A DNA stretch of 62,144 bases, the filler included, from a bacterium (GTDB lineage: Bacteria; J088; JAWLBW01): the NCBI GenBank assembly GCA_041690355.1. It is 4 parts of 4 records of this genome, joined end to end, with 100 filler letters (N's around TTAATTAATTAA, not from the genome) between each part and the next. Parts side by side here need not be neighbours in the genome. Positions count along the whole stretch, not along the records: positions 19,143 to 48,634 come from JAWLHK010000031.1; 3 more parts are not named here. One strand, written 5' to 3'. Under the pieces are notes generated by a model that made no database searches, was not told the DNA's origin, and saw nothing but the letters and a program-made list of their open reading frames with translations. The first letter of the stretch is position 1. Every line of letters begins with the position of its first letter. A program made the translations under genes and the position numbers. Positions 28,554 to 38,297 of the stretch are shown here, piece after piece.

Positions 28554-29969
28554 ATGTCGATTCGCCTGTCGTCCGTTGCCGCCGTCCTCTCTCTGCTCCT
28601 CACCGCCGCCGCCCCGGCCTGGAGCGCGGAACCCGCCGTCGCCCCGCAGGCGGCCGATGATTCGTCATCGGCGACCGGGTCCGCTGCGGGACCCTCGCGC
28701 GAGCGCATGCTCATGTCGCTGTTCGAAGACGTCATCAGCGACGTGAGCTCGAAGGTGCTCCCCTCGGTCGTCTTCATCGAGGCGATTCAGAAGAACAACA
28801 ACCGCAAGGCGAAGGTGACCGGAAGCGGCTTCATCGTCAGCGAAGACGGCCTGATCGTCACGAATCAGCACGTCGTCGAGAAGGCGCAGAAGGTCGAGGT
28901 CACCTTGATGAACAGCCGGCGCAAGTTCCGCGCCGAGATCGTCGGCGCCGACGAACAGACTGACATCGCCGTCCTCAAGATCGAACCGCCGGGCAAGCTG
29001 CCGGCCGCGAAGCTCGGCGATTATAACAGCGTGCGCGTCGGCGAGGGGGTGCTCGCTATCGGCAACCCCTATGGCCTCGACGGCACGGTCAGCTTCGGCA
29101 TCGTGAGCGCCAAGGGGCGCAACCTGAACGTCGGCTCCATCATCAACGATTTCATCCAGACCGACGCCATGATCGACCACGGCTCGAGCGGCGGCCCGCT
29201 CGTGAACCTCAAGGGCGAAGTCATCGGCGTGAACTCGCGCGGGCAGGGGCGCGGCATCGGCTTCACGATTCCGATCTCGACCGCGCTCGAAGTGCGCGAC
29301 CGGCTGGTCGAGAGCGGCACCTATAAGCGCGGGTGGCTCGGGGTCACCGTGCAGCCGCTGAGCCGCGATCTCGCAGAATACTTCGGCAAACCCGACCTCA
29401 AGGGCGCCATCGTGACGCACGTCATCGACACCTCGCCGGCGGCGCGCGCGGGTATCCGCGTCGAAGACATCATTCTCGAGGTCAACGGCACGCCCATCGA
29501 CACCGAGGATCTCAAGGACCTGAACGAGTTTCGCCGCGTCATTGCGGCCATCGCGCCCGAGACCAGGGTCAAGGTGAACGTCCAGCGCGCCGGCAGGAAG
29601 AAGACGTTGACGGTCGCCATCGGCGAGCAGCCCCAGATCGAAGGGGAGGAGTTCGAGACCGACTTCGGATTTACCGTGCAGGAAATCACGACGTCCATGA
29701 CGGTCGCGAACCGGCTGGCGAGCAGCGAAGGGGTCTTCGTCAGCTTCGTCGAAAAGGGGAGCGTCGCGGCCGAAGCGAGCCTCGGTTACTCAGAAGTTCT
29801 GCAGTACGTCAACGACACGCGCGTGCGCACCCTGGCCGAGTTCCGCAAGGCCTTCGAGAAGGCCGACACGAGCAAGCCGTTCCTGCTCAAGGGGCTCGCC
29901 GGCGACACGCTGCGGTACCACCTTCTGGTGCCCTACGGAAAGGGCAAGCAGGTCGTCGCCGAAGAGTAG
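28554..29969 (+). CDS. htrA: HtrA/DegP-like serine protease with two PDZ domains
   Basis: Signal peptide, GSGFIV, TNQHVV, TDIAV, IQTDAMIDHGSSGGPL, RGWLGV. Confidence 0.92.
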   Translation: MSIRLSSVAAVLSLLLTAAAPAWSAEPAVAPQAADDSSSATGSAAGPSRERMLMSLFEDVISDVSSKVLPSVVFIEAIQKNNNRKAKVTGSGFIVSEDGLIVTNQHVVEKAQKVEVTLMNSRRKFRAEIVGADEQTDIAVLKIEPPGKLPAAKLGDYNSVRVGEGVLAIGNPYGLDGTVSFGIVSAKGRNLNVGSIINDFIQTDAMIDHGSSGGPLVNLKGEVIGVNSRGQGRGIGFTIPISTALEVRDRLVESGTYKRGWLGVTVQPLSRDLAEYFGKPDLKGAIVTHVIDTSPAARAGIRVEDIILEVNGTPIDTEDLKDLNEFRRVIAAIAPETRVKVNVQRAGRKKTLTVAIGEQPQIEGEEFETDFGFTVQEITTSMTVANRLASSEGVFVSFVEKGSVAAEASLGYSEVLQYVNDTRVRTLAEFRKAFEKADTSKPFLLKGLAGDTLRYHLLVPYGKGKQVVAEE

Positions 29970-29970
29970 G

Positions 29971-30642
29971 TCAGGGATCCACGAACACGAACGCGCCGAG
30001 GCGTCCGGCGCGTTCGCCGTCGCGGCGAAACGAGTGGAGGTCGGCGGCGTCGCGGGTGCAGACGGCTTCCACCTCGATTTGCGCAACGCCGGCCGTTTCG
30101 AGCAGGCGCGCATTGATCTGCTGCAGGTCCAGGTGCGGACCGTCTTCGCGGTCCGACACCCAGGGGCCTTCGCCGAAGGACTGGCGGAAGCGGCCGGCCA
30201 GTTCGGGATCCACCCGGTAACAGCAGGCGCCGATGGCCGGCCCGATGTACGCGTAGACGGAACCGGGATCGGCGAAGCGCTCGAGGGCCCGCAGAACGAT
30301 GCGCGCATAGGTGCCGCGCCAGCCGGCGTGCACGGCCACGGCCTTCCGTTCGGCGGAAGACAGCAGAAGAATGGGCACGCAGTCGGCGATGCGGATCACT
30401 GCGGATTCCCCCGCGGCCACTTCAATGGCGTCGGCTTCGCAGGATGCGTCGGCCGCAGCCGCGACATCGACGATCCGGTCGCCGTGGACCTGGCGCACCT
30501 GGCCGGGCGCCGTGCGGCCGAGCCGCTCGGCAAGCGGGCCTGCATCCGCTAGCGGATCGAAATTGCGGTCGCCCACGCCGTAGAAGAAGCCGTTGACCGG
30601 CCGCCCCGTGTAGAACTCGATTCCCCGCGCGCCGGTTTTCAC
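29971..30642 (-). CDS. pgeF: YfiH/PgeF family (polyphenol oxidase-like) protein
   Basis: QVHG, ADCVPILL, HAGWRG, IGPAIGACCY, SFRR; adjacent to rluD. Confidence 0.9.
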   Translation of the reverse strand: MKTGARGIEFYTGRPVNGFFYGVGDRNFDPLADAGPLAERLGRTAPGQVRQVHGDRIVDVAAAADASCEADAIEVAAGESAVIRIADCVPILLLSSAERKAVAVHAGWRGTYARIVLRALERFADPGSVYAYIGPAIGACCYRVDPELAGRFRQSFGEGPWVSDREDGPHLDLQQINARLLETAGVAQIEVEAVCTRDAADLHSFRRDGERAGRLGAFVFVDP

Positions 30643-31595
30643 GGTGCGTCCTCCTGCTGCATCAGGGTCCACAGTCCGATCATGTCGTCGGGAACCGGCG
30701 TCTCGAAGCGCAGGGCGTTCCCCTTGCGATCGACGAACCCGAGCACGGCCGCGTGCAGGGCCTGCCGGGCGAAGCTGCGCACCGCGTTCTGCAGGGCGGT
30801 TCCCATGTGGGGCGAGACCGAACGGCTCTTGCCGTAGAGCGGATCACCGACGAGCGGATGGCCCGCTTCGGAGCAGTGAACGCGCACCTGGTGCGTGCGG
30901 CCTGTCTCGAGCCGGCAATGCAGGTGGGCGAAGTGCGGCGTCTGCGCGATGACCTCGAAGTGCGTGACGGCCTGGCGGCCGCTTCCGGTCTTGCCGGTCA
31001 TCCGCAGGCGGTTGCGCGGATCGCGCTCGATGGTTCCGCGCCAGCTTCCGCGTTGGGTGCGGAAACCGCCCCAGGCGAGGGCCACGTACATCCGCTCCAC
31101 CGTATGGCGCTCGAACTGTTCGGCGATGTGCCGGTGGGCGGCGTCGTTCTTGGTGGCGACGAGAATCCCCGACGTGTCCTTGTCGATGCGGTGCACGATG
31201 CCCGGCCGCTGCACGCCGCCGACGTTCGACAGGTGGCCGCAGTGGTGCAGCAGCGCATTGACGAGCGTTCCCTCCTGGTGCCCGGCGGCGGGGTGCACGA
31301 CCATGCCGGCCGGCTTGTTGACTACGATGTAGTCGTCGTCTTCGAAGAGGATGTCGAGGTCGATGGCCTGCGCTTCGGGCTCTGCCGGAACCGGCGGCGG
31401 AACGGTGGCGTCGATCCGGTCGCCGGCGCGCAGCACTGCCCCTGCCTTGGCGGGCCGGTCGTTGAGGCGCACTTCGCCGGCGTCGATGATCGCCTGCCAG
31501 CGGCTGCGGCTGAGGGTGGGATGCGCGTCAGCGAGAAAGCGGTCGAGACGGACCCCCTCCTGTTCGGACTGGATGACGAAGGTCAGGGTCTGCAT
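30639..31595 (-). CDS. rluD: RluA family pseudouridine synthase (RluD)
   Basis: S4 RLDRFLA, NKPAGMVVHP, HRIDKDTSG, LETGRTHQVRVH, RQALHA. Confidence 0.95.
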   Translation of the reverse strand: MQTLTFVIQSEQEGVRLDRFLADAHPTLSRSRWQAIIDAGEVRLNDRPAKAGAVLRAGDRIDATVPPPVPAEPEAQAIDLDILFEDDDYIVVNKPAGMVVHPAAGHQEGTLVNALLHHCGHLSNVGGVQRPGIVHRIDKDTSGILVATKNDAAHRHIAEQFERHTVERMYVALAWGGFRTQRGSWRGTIERDPRNRLRMTGKTGSGRQAVTHFEVIAQTPHFAHLHCRLETGRTHQVRVHCSEAGHPLVGDPLYGKSRSVSPHMGTALQNAVRSFARQALHAAVLGFVDRKGNALRFETPVPDDMIGLWTLMQQEDAP

Positions 31596-31637
31596 GCGTG
31601 GCCGAGGGAGCGGTAGCGAAGCGCGGCGGCAGGCCGC

Positions 31638-31907
31638 TTACCAGATCGTGGTTTCTTCGCTTCCGAAGGGGTTGATGATGATATCGACCACAGCGCGGTT
31701 GAAGAGGTTGAGGCGCTGCTCGAGCTCTTCGTCGACGCGGCCCATGTACATCCGGCGCGCCTCTTCGATCTCGGAGGCGAGCTCCTCGAAAAGCGCGTCG
31801 CGCCGCAGTGCCTGGCGGATTTTCTCGCGGTTGTAGAGTGCGATGTCGCCCACCAGGGTTTCGGCGATGCGTCGGGCTTCGACAGGGTCGTTCGTCAGGT
31901 GGGCCAT
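31638..31907 (-). CDS. Conserved small hypothetical protein
   Basis: ARRIAETLVGDIALYN; operonic spacing. Confidence 0.75.
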   Translation of the reverse strand: MAHLTNDPVEARRIAETLVGDIALYNREKIRQALRRDALFEELASEIEEARRMYMGRVDEELEQRLNLFNRAVVDIIINPFGSEETTIW

Positions 31908-31909
31908 GC

Positions 31910-32671
31910 TTATCCTTGTCGGTAGGCTTCGAAGTTGCGCATGTAATCGCTGACGACCTTGTTCTCGTCGATCCGCAGAAGCTTGGCGTAAAGGCGGAGA
32001 AACCCTTTGAGGTAGACCGGCGCGGGGAGCAGGGCGAAATTCGATTCCTCGATCCAGGTCAGGTTCGACGATGAGACTTTGGTGCGCGTGCTTACTTCGC
32101 GGATGCTGAGACCGTGCGCTTCGCGGATGGCGCGCAGCTCGGCGCCGCCGAAAGGCCTGCCGTCCAGCTCGGGCAGGGCGCTCAGATCGGGGACGGGAGG
32201 TTGCGTGACCGGCGGTTCGGGCTTCCGCTCGACCACGCGTTCTGCAGCCGGGGGCAGCGGGCGCGAGGTACTCTCGCCGGTCGGCCGGGCTTCGGGGGCA
32301 TCCGGCACGGCGCGCTCGGCAGGTTCGGGGGCGGCTGACAAGGGAGCCGGTGACTCGGCGGGAGGCTCGGCGATGCGCATGGCGGGCGGCGGCGTCGGTA
32401 CGGCGCGCATACGCCGTTCCGGATAGCGGCCGGCATCCTTAAGTTCCCTGTCGTAGCGGGCCCGCACGTCGTCGTCGCAGAGTGTCCGCCGCGCCTCTTC
32501 GAGAAATCGGAGGATCTCCCGGCGCTCGTCGTCGGTCAGAAGACCGTAGGTGGCCATGGAGTCGGGGCTGTAGTTGTCGACCGCGTCCTGATGGGCGGCT
32601 TCAATCGCCTCGCGGGTGGCGTCGGGCGAGATATCGAGGGCCGTGTAGTAGTCGAGCTTGGTCAGGTTCAT
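31910..32671 (-). CDS. DnaJ-like N-terminal domain + RodZ-type HTH protein
   Basis: DYYTALDISPDA; GAELRAIREAHGLS...LPAPVYLKGFLRLYAKLL. Confidence 0.85.
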   Translation of the reverse strand: MNLTKLDYYTALDISPDATREAIEAAHQDAVDNYSPDSMATYGLLTDDERREILRFLEEARRTLCDDDVRARYDRELKDAGRYPERRMRAVPTPPPAMRIAEPPAESPAPLSAAPEPAERAVPDAPEARPTGESTSRPLPPAAERVVERKPEPPVTQPPVPDLSALPELDGRPFGGAELRAIREAHGLSIREVSTRTKVSSSNLTWIEESNFALLPAPVYLKGFLRLYAKLLRIDENKVVSDYMRNFEAYRQG

Positions 32672-32673
32672 GG

Positions 32674-33660
32674 TCAGAAATCCATGACGAGCTGCGCGCC
32701 GTCGTGCAGCCGATCGATGAGTCCGCGAAGGGCAGCCGTCGTCGGGGCGTCGGGAAACTGGAGCACGAACGGCTTGCGCTTGCGAATCGCCCGCCAGACC
32801 TGGTCATCATGCGGCAGCGCGCCCTGGAAGCGCAGATTGATGCCGAGCAGCTTCTGACAGGCATTGCGCAGGCCGTAGCCGACCTTCATGTCTTCGGGTT
32901 CGCGCACCTGATTGAGAACGAGTCGCGGCGTGAACTGTTGAATGGCGCGTGTGGCGTGGTCGCCGATCTCGGCATCGAGGCGACGGGCGCGCTCGAGGAT
33001 GGCGTCGACGTGGCGCAGCGTGGCGTCGTTGCGCGGATCCTGCACTTCATCGAGCAGTTTATGAAAGGCGAAGTGCTTGGAGACCATGCGCAGGCGGCGC
33101 ACGACGGCCGCGCGGATGAACCGGTAGCCGTTTTCGACGCTCGTCGGCTCGGGGAGCACGACGACGATCGGGGTGTGGGCGAGATTGAAGAAGTCGAGCG
33201 TCGTGAAGCTGCTCCCAGCGCCCAGATCGAGCAGGAGCACGTCGCCGGCGGTCTCGCGCAGGCGGGTGAGCAGCTTGACCTTCTGGCGGAAGCGGGGGTT
33301 GGCCGCTTCGAGCGTGTCGCCGGCGCCGCCGATGAGCCGCAGGTTGGGGACGCCCGTCTCGACGACGAGCGTGTTCAGCTCGCCCTTGCGATTGAAGAAG
33401 TCTGAAAGGGTCGCCGTCGGCGGGCTGACGCCGAGCAGCGTGTGCAGATTGGCCCCGCCCAGATCGGCGTCGACCATGGTCACGCTGCGGCCGCGTGCGG
33501 CGAGCAGGAGCCCGAGGCTGCTGCTGACGAAGGATTTCCCGATGCCCCCTTTACCCCCGCCGACGGCCCAGATTTCGGCCCGACGCTGCCGCGCTCCTCC
33601 TGCGGGAGTCACGCCGGGCAGCGGCAATTCGGGTCGTGCGTCTTTGAGCAAGCCGTGCAT
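32674..33660 (-). CDS. MinD/FlhG-like P-loop ATPase
   Basis: GGKGGIGKS deviant Walker A, DADLGGANLH, LDLGAG, PEPTSVEN. Confidence 0.9.
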   Translation of the reverse strand: MHGLLKDARPELPLPGVTPAGGARQRRAEIWAVGGGKGGIGKSFVSSSLGLLLAARGRSVTMVDADLGGANLHTLLGVSPPTATLSDFFNRKGELNTLVVETGVPNLRLIGGAGDTLEAANPRFRQKVKLLTRLRETAGDVLLLDLGAGSSFTTLDFFNLAHTPIVVVLPEPTSVENGYRFIRAAVVRRLRMVSKHFAFHKLLDEVQDPRNDATLRHVDAILERARRLDAEIGDHATRAIQQFTPRLVLNQVREPEDMKVGYGLRNACQKLLGINLRFQGALPHDDQVWRAIRKRKPFVLQFPDAPTTAALRGLIDRLHDGAQLVMDF

Positions 33661-33822
33661 CTTGAAAAAAGGGAACAGCGCATCGACGGCCGCGGGGACG
33701 GTCGCCGGATGGACGGGGAACAGGCCTGTCAGCCCATGATATTTTTACCAGACTTTCCATGAGGTTGCAAAAGAGTGACGCGTGAGGGCAAGTGAGATTT
33801 ACGATTGACGATTGACGAAACC

Positions 33823-33950
33823 CCGTTCGTGTCGAGCCGACTGCTGAAGGCAGCGCCGGAAGCGACGGCGAGACAGGCGCATGCTAACCAGGCGCGCCCC
33901 CTCGCTGTCGCGCTCCACTCTATTTCGCGCCGTCAGCTCGGGACGAACGG
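33823..33950 (+). repeat. ~130-bp MITE/REP-like dispersed repeat, copy 1
   Basis: Ends CCGTTCGTGTCGAGC...GCTCGGGACGAACGG are inverted repeats; flanked by heptamer arrays. Confidence 0.85.
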
Positions 33951-34123
33951 GGGCTCTTGCCCTTGCTTGATCAGTGCTTGCTGCTTGGCGCTCAGCGCTT
34001 GGTGCTTGGTGCTGTTCCCCATCACTTGCTTCTCAGGCATCAGGAATCAAGAATCAGGAATCCCCATGTGGTCTGTGCTACCATGCGACTTCGCGCGACT
34101 TTCCGCGCCCGCATTCGTTACCC

Positions 34124-35020
34124 ATGTCCGCTTCCGTTCTCTATCCCACCCGCATCGGCCCGGTCGAACTCGTCGCCGGCGCCCGCTCGCCGCGGCTGCA
34201 GGCCAACAGCCTCTTCGTGCACGGGGCCGGACTGCTGATCGATACGGGCGCCGGCGAAGGTGCGCTGCGGGCGCTGCGCGACGGCGGGAGCGTGCGCCGC
34301 GTGCTCTACACGCATTACCATTCGGATCACCGGTGGTATGGTCCGCTGTTCGAGGGAATCGAGACCTGGGCGTCTGTCATCGACGGCGACACGGTCGAGG
34401 ATCCGGAGAAGATCCTCGCGGCCATCGGCGCCCCGCCGGAGCTGGAGCGCGGTTTCCGCAAGTGGCAGCGCCTCATGGGGCTCGAGGCGGTCACCGTGCA
34501 CCACCGAATTCCCTCGGAGGACCCGCTCGACTTCGGCGGCGTTTCCGTGGTTCCGCTGCTCATGCCCGGGCATACGCCGGGGCTGATCTGCCCCTGGTTT
34601 CCCGAGCAGCGCCTGCTCTTTCTGGCCGACTATGATCTGACGCCGTTCGGCCCCTGGTACGCCAACGTGGGGAGCGACATCGACGCACTCGAGGCATCGC
34701 TCCAGCGCATCGCGGACTTCGATGCCGACTGGTTCATGACTTCGCACCATCCGACGGCCGTGGATCGCGAAGAGATGCTGCGCCTGCTCGAACCCTTCGG
34801 CGCTCATGTGCAGCGCAGGGACGAGCGGATCTTCGAGCGTCTGGCGGAACCATGTACGATTGAAGATCTTTCGGGCATGGGCCTCGTCTATCGCAGGGAA
34901 CATATCGAGGGCAACCGGCACCTGGCGTTCTTCGAGCGGGCCCACGTCGAAAAGCACCTGGCGCGCATGGAACGGCGCGGGCAGGCCGTGCGCGACGGAG
35001 ACCGCTGGCGCCGGACCTGA
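34124..35020 (+). CDS. MBL-fold metallo-hydrolase
   Basis: LIDTG, THYHSDH, PGHTPG, ADYD, SHH. Confidence 0.9.
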   Translation: MSASVLYPTRIGPVELVAGARSPRLQANSLFVHGAGLLIDTGAGEGALRALRDGGSVRRVLYTHYHSDHRWYGPLFEGIETWASVIDGDTVEDPEKILAAIGAPPELERGFRKWQRLMGLEAVTVHHRIPSEDPLDFGGVSVVPLLMPGHTPGLICPWFPEQRLLFLADYDLTPFGPWYANVGSDIDALEASLQRIADFDADWFMTSHHPTAVDREEMLRLLEPFGAHVQRRDERIFERLAEPCTIEDLSGMGLVYRREHIEGNRHLAFFERAHVEKHLARMERRGQAVRDGDRWRRT

Positions 35021-35030
35021 GCGCCGCCCG

Positions 35031-36365
35031 TCAGACTTCGCCGGCGGCGTCGGTGCCTACCCGGATGCGGCGTCGGGCGGCGGGTACGGCGGTATCTTCG
35101 AGCCCGTGCTTCTCACATTTGTAGCCGACCTGGCGGGCGGTCATGCCGAGCACGCGTGCGACCGCCGCCCGGTTGCCGTCGAGGCGGCGCAGGGCTTCGG
35201 CCATGACGTCGGCTTCGACGCCGTCGAGGATCGCCGGCAGGTCAAGCCACCGGGCGTCGCCGAGAAACTGGCGCACCATGGCGCCGCTCAGGGTCTCGCC
35301 TGCTTCGAGACGGAGCGCCTGCTCGGCATGGGCCACGAAGCGTTCGAGCTCGTCGTAGTTGTCGGGCCAGACATGGCGGAGGAGCAGGCGCCGGGCCGCG
35401 GTAGAAAGGCGGGCCTTGACCCCGCGCTCGGCGAGCCCCTTGAGCACGAGGCTGGCGATTTCGGGCGCCCGTTCGCGCAGGGCCGGCATGCGAATCGTGA
35501 AGACCATGCCACGGCTTACGATCGGCGACGGATAACGCGGGAGCATGGCCGCAGAGCTGCCGAGGTAGATTACCGGAGCCCCCTCGCGTTCGGCGGTATT
35601 CAGCAGTTGCGCGGCGGCGTCGGGGCCGAGCAGGGCGGCGTCATGCACGTACAGGCCTCCGAGGCCGGGGCGCCGCAGGGCTGCCTGGAGGGCGGCGGCG
35701 TCTTCGGCGCCCCCGGTGATCGGGACGGAGGCGAAGGAGCCGGATCCGTACCGGTCATGCATGCGCTCGGCCAGGGTGCGTTTGCCGGTGCCTGATTCGC
35801 CGAACAGAAAGAGGATCCGTGCAGGGAGACTCCCCAGGCGGAGCCAGGCTTCGGGAACGTCGCCGCTCTTCTCGCCGGCGTGCAGCCGGTTCTCCCACAG
35901 TCCCGCGGCGCCGCCGAGCAGGCTCGCGATCAGGGACAGAAAGCGCAGCCCTTCGGGGTCGAGCTCGCGCCCTTCGGGGATGCGCACGACCAGGGCCCCC
36001 CAGCGGCTGGTGCCGGCGCTCACCGGCGCCAGGTACAGCGTGGTTCGCTCGTTCTCCTGCAACGTGAGCACGCGGCCTGCCCGCAGGCAGTGACGTACCT
36101 CGCCGAGCGCAAGCGGGGGAAACGGTTCGCCCCCGCGCAGCAGGGGAACGGGCATGGCGCCGCGGCCGTCGAGAATCCACACGGCGTCGGCCGCCAGCGT
36201 ATTGGCGATCACCGCGCGCACGCTGCGGAGTACCGTCTGCGGCGCGCGCCCGCTGTGCAGGTCCTGGAGCGCGGTCGACAGCGCCTGAAAGCGTTCGCGG
36301 AACTGACCCACCTCGCGCCGCAGTCGACCATCCTTCATCTTCAGCTCGATGGGTTCGGTCTTCAT
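35031..36365 (-). CDS. Degenerate GAF-AAA+-HTH (NifA/FhlA-like) regulator
   Basis: GESGTGK, MPALRER, WPDNYDEL, Fis-type HTH; GAFTGA loop and Walker B glutamate absent. Confidence 0.75.
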   Translation of the reverse strand: MKTEPIELKMKDGRLRREVGQFRERFQALSTALQDLHSGRAPQTVLRSVRAVIANTLAADAVWILDGRGAMPVPLLRGGEPFPPLALGEVRHCLRAGRVLTLQENERTTLYLAPVSAGTSRWGALVVRIPEGRELDPEGLRFLSLIASLLGGAAGLWENRLHAGEKSGDVPEAWLRLGSLPARILFLFGESGTGKRTLAERMHDRYGSGSFASVPITGGAEDAAALQAALRRPGLGGLYVHDAALLGPDAAAQLLNTAEREGAPVIYLGSSAAMLPRYPSPIVSRGMVFTIRMPALRERAPEIASLVLKGLAERGVKARLSTAARRLLLRHVWPDNYDELERFVAHAEQALRLEAGETLSGAMVRQFLGDARWLDLPAILDGVEADVMAEALRRLDGNRAAVARVLGMTARQVGYKCEKHGLEDTAVPAARRRIRVGTDAAGEV

Positions 36366-36503
36366 GGCATGCGCCTCCTGGCGACTCTTCTACAGCAGGA
36401 GACGTGCCACCGCCGCTTTTGCGACCGCGTGCGCACTTTCGGGGCGGGAACTGCCTGTTTCTGCGGCATCGTCTGCCCTCAATTCGGGCACTGGCGCATC
36501 GTG

Positions 36504-36633
36504 CCGTTCGTGTCGAGCCGACCGTCGGAGGCGGCGGCAGGAGACGACGGCGAGACATGCGCGTGGCACCCAGGCGCGCTCCCTCGCTGTCGGCCTTCAC
36601 TTCCATTCCAGCCCGTCAGCTCGGGACGAACGG
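36504..36633 (+). repeat. ~130-bp MITE/REP-like dispersed repeat, copy 2
   Basis: Same termini as copy 1, diverged interior; followed by (CGTCACT)n array at 36641-36714. Confidence 0.85.
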
Positions 36634-36738
36634 CCGGGTGCGTCATTCGTCATTCGTCACTCGTAACTCGTCACTTCCGGTAACTCGTAACTTCCGGTAA
36701 CTCGTCACTTCCGGTGGATTGTTGGGGGCGGATTCGGT

Positions 36739-38292
36739 ATGATTCCACTCATCCAGATGCACTCTCGCACGATTGACCCGGCCCTGCGCGAACGCCGCGC
36801 CGTTCTCGAACTTCTGCATCGGGTCGACCGTCCCGAACTGACCTACGCCCAGCTCGAAGGCATTGCCGAAGAGCTCGCCGGCGCGGGCCAGCAGGCGGGC
36901 GCGGTCCTCGCGCAGGAGATCGCCAAGACCGAAGACCTCGAGCGGTTGAACCGGCTCACGTTTCTGGCCGCCTACCTCGACGACGAGCGGCTCGTCGATA
37001 CGCTCGCGCGCCTGCTCTACCACCCCCACCGCAGCCGCACCTACAAGGCGCACATCCTGCAGGCGCTCGAGCGCCTCGGGGTCGACACCGACCATCGCGC
37101 CTACCGTAACCTTTTTTCGCGTACAGAGGTCATCCGCCTCAACCTGGCTGAGCTCTTCCGCCGCATGGAGTCGCAGAGCGAAGCGGCCGTGCAGTTTCTC
37201 TACGATCTCTTCTACGCGGGCGACGAACAGCGGCTGACCACGGCGCGCCTGCTGCTCGACGACGGTTCTCCCGCGGCCCTCGACCTGGCCGTGCAGCTCG
37301 CCGAAGTGGCCGATCCGGGCACGGCCGCCTTCGTCGTGCAGGGGCTCGGGCGGTTGCGGCAGGTTCACAGCCTGCGGGCGCTCGAAGATCTGCGCCGCTA
37401 TTCGGTTTCGCCGGTGCTGCGCGACGAGGCCGCGCGGGCCATGCGCCGCCTGGGCTTCGCCGGGGTGCGCCCCGAACCGGTTCCCGCTCGCGAGCTCCCG
37501 CCGCTCAAGAGCTGGGCGAGCCGCGTCGAGGGAAACGGGACGCAGCTCGTCTGGCTTGCCCTGCCGACGGCGGAGGATCGGGCCGATACCGTCTGTTTTC
37601 TCCTGCATGAGGGGCGCGGCCTCATCGACTGTTTCGGCGAAGTCGACACCCGTCTGAGCCAGTTCGAGGAACATCAGGTGCAGGTGCGCGAACCCGGCAT
37701 GGGCGCCCCCGTTGCGTTGGCCTATGCGCGCGAGCTGCTCGAACAGGCCCTCGAACAGGGCCGCGAGCAGGGGCTGCCCGTGCCCCCCGAATTCCCCTTC
37801 CGCGTGCGCCGCCTGGGGCTCGCCGATCTGCACCCGCATGCGCCGGCCGCCGAGGCCGAGGTGCGGCATGACGGTCCGCTGAGCGCCGAGCGCTGGGAGA
37901 CGTTGATCGACCTGTTTGGCGAGCCCGTGCTCGAAGACTGGATGGTCGAGGACCCCGAATTCTTCCAGCAGGCGGGCGAGCTCGCCCCTGTCGAGCGAAT
38001 GCGGCGCATGGAGCTGGACCGCTTCACGCGGCGCGCCTTTCTCGACTACGTTGCGCCGGAGTTGCCGCAGATGCGCCGGCGCCTGATGCGCAATGCCGCC
38101 TGGGCGCGCGCCATCGGCGCCGACCCCGCGCTCGCCCTGCGGCTCGAGCAGGCGGCCGCCACGCTGGCGCACCCGAATCCCGACGAGAATCCTTTCGTGC
38201 GCAGGTTCGTGCACAAGAGCCTGGCCGACGTGCAGGAAATGATCCGTGACGGGTACGACCCGTCCTGGTTGCTCGACGATATCGATAGCTGA
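36739..38292 (+). CDS. HEAT-repeat hypothetical protein
   Basis: Long helical ORF with GC3-rich codons, co-oriented with gpsA. Confidence 0.7.
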   Translation: MIPLIQMHSRTIDPALRERRAVLELLHRVDRPELTYAQLEGIAEELAGAGQQAGAVLAQEIAKTEDLERLNRLTFLAAYLDDERLVDTLARLLYHPHRSRTYKAHILQALERLGVDTDHRAYRNLFSRTEVIRLNLAELFRRMESQSEAAVQFLYDLFYAGDEQRLTTARLLLDDGSPAALDLAVQLAEVADPGTAAFVVQGLGRLRQVHSLRALEDLRRYSVSPVLRDEAARAMRRLGFAGVRPEPVPARELPPLKSWASRVEGNGTQLVWLALPTAEDRADTVCFLLHEGRGLIDCFGEVDTRLSQFEEHQVQVREPGMGAPVALAYARELLEQALEQGREQGLPVPPEFPFRVRRLGLADLHPHAPAAEAEVRHDGPLSAERWETLIDLFGEPVLEDWMVEDPEFFQQAGELAPVERMRRMELDRFTRRAFLDYVAPELPQMRRRLMRNAAWARAIGADPALALRLEQAAATLAHPNPDENPFVRRFVHKSLADVQEMIRDGYDPSWLLDDIDS

Positions 38293-38297
38293 GAGGT

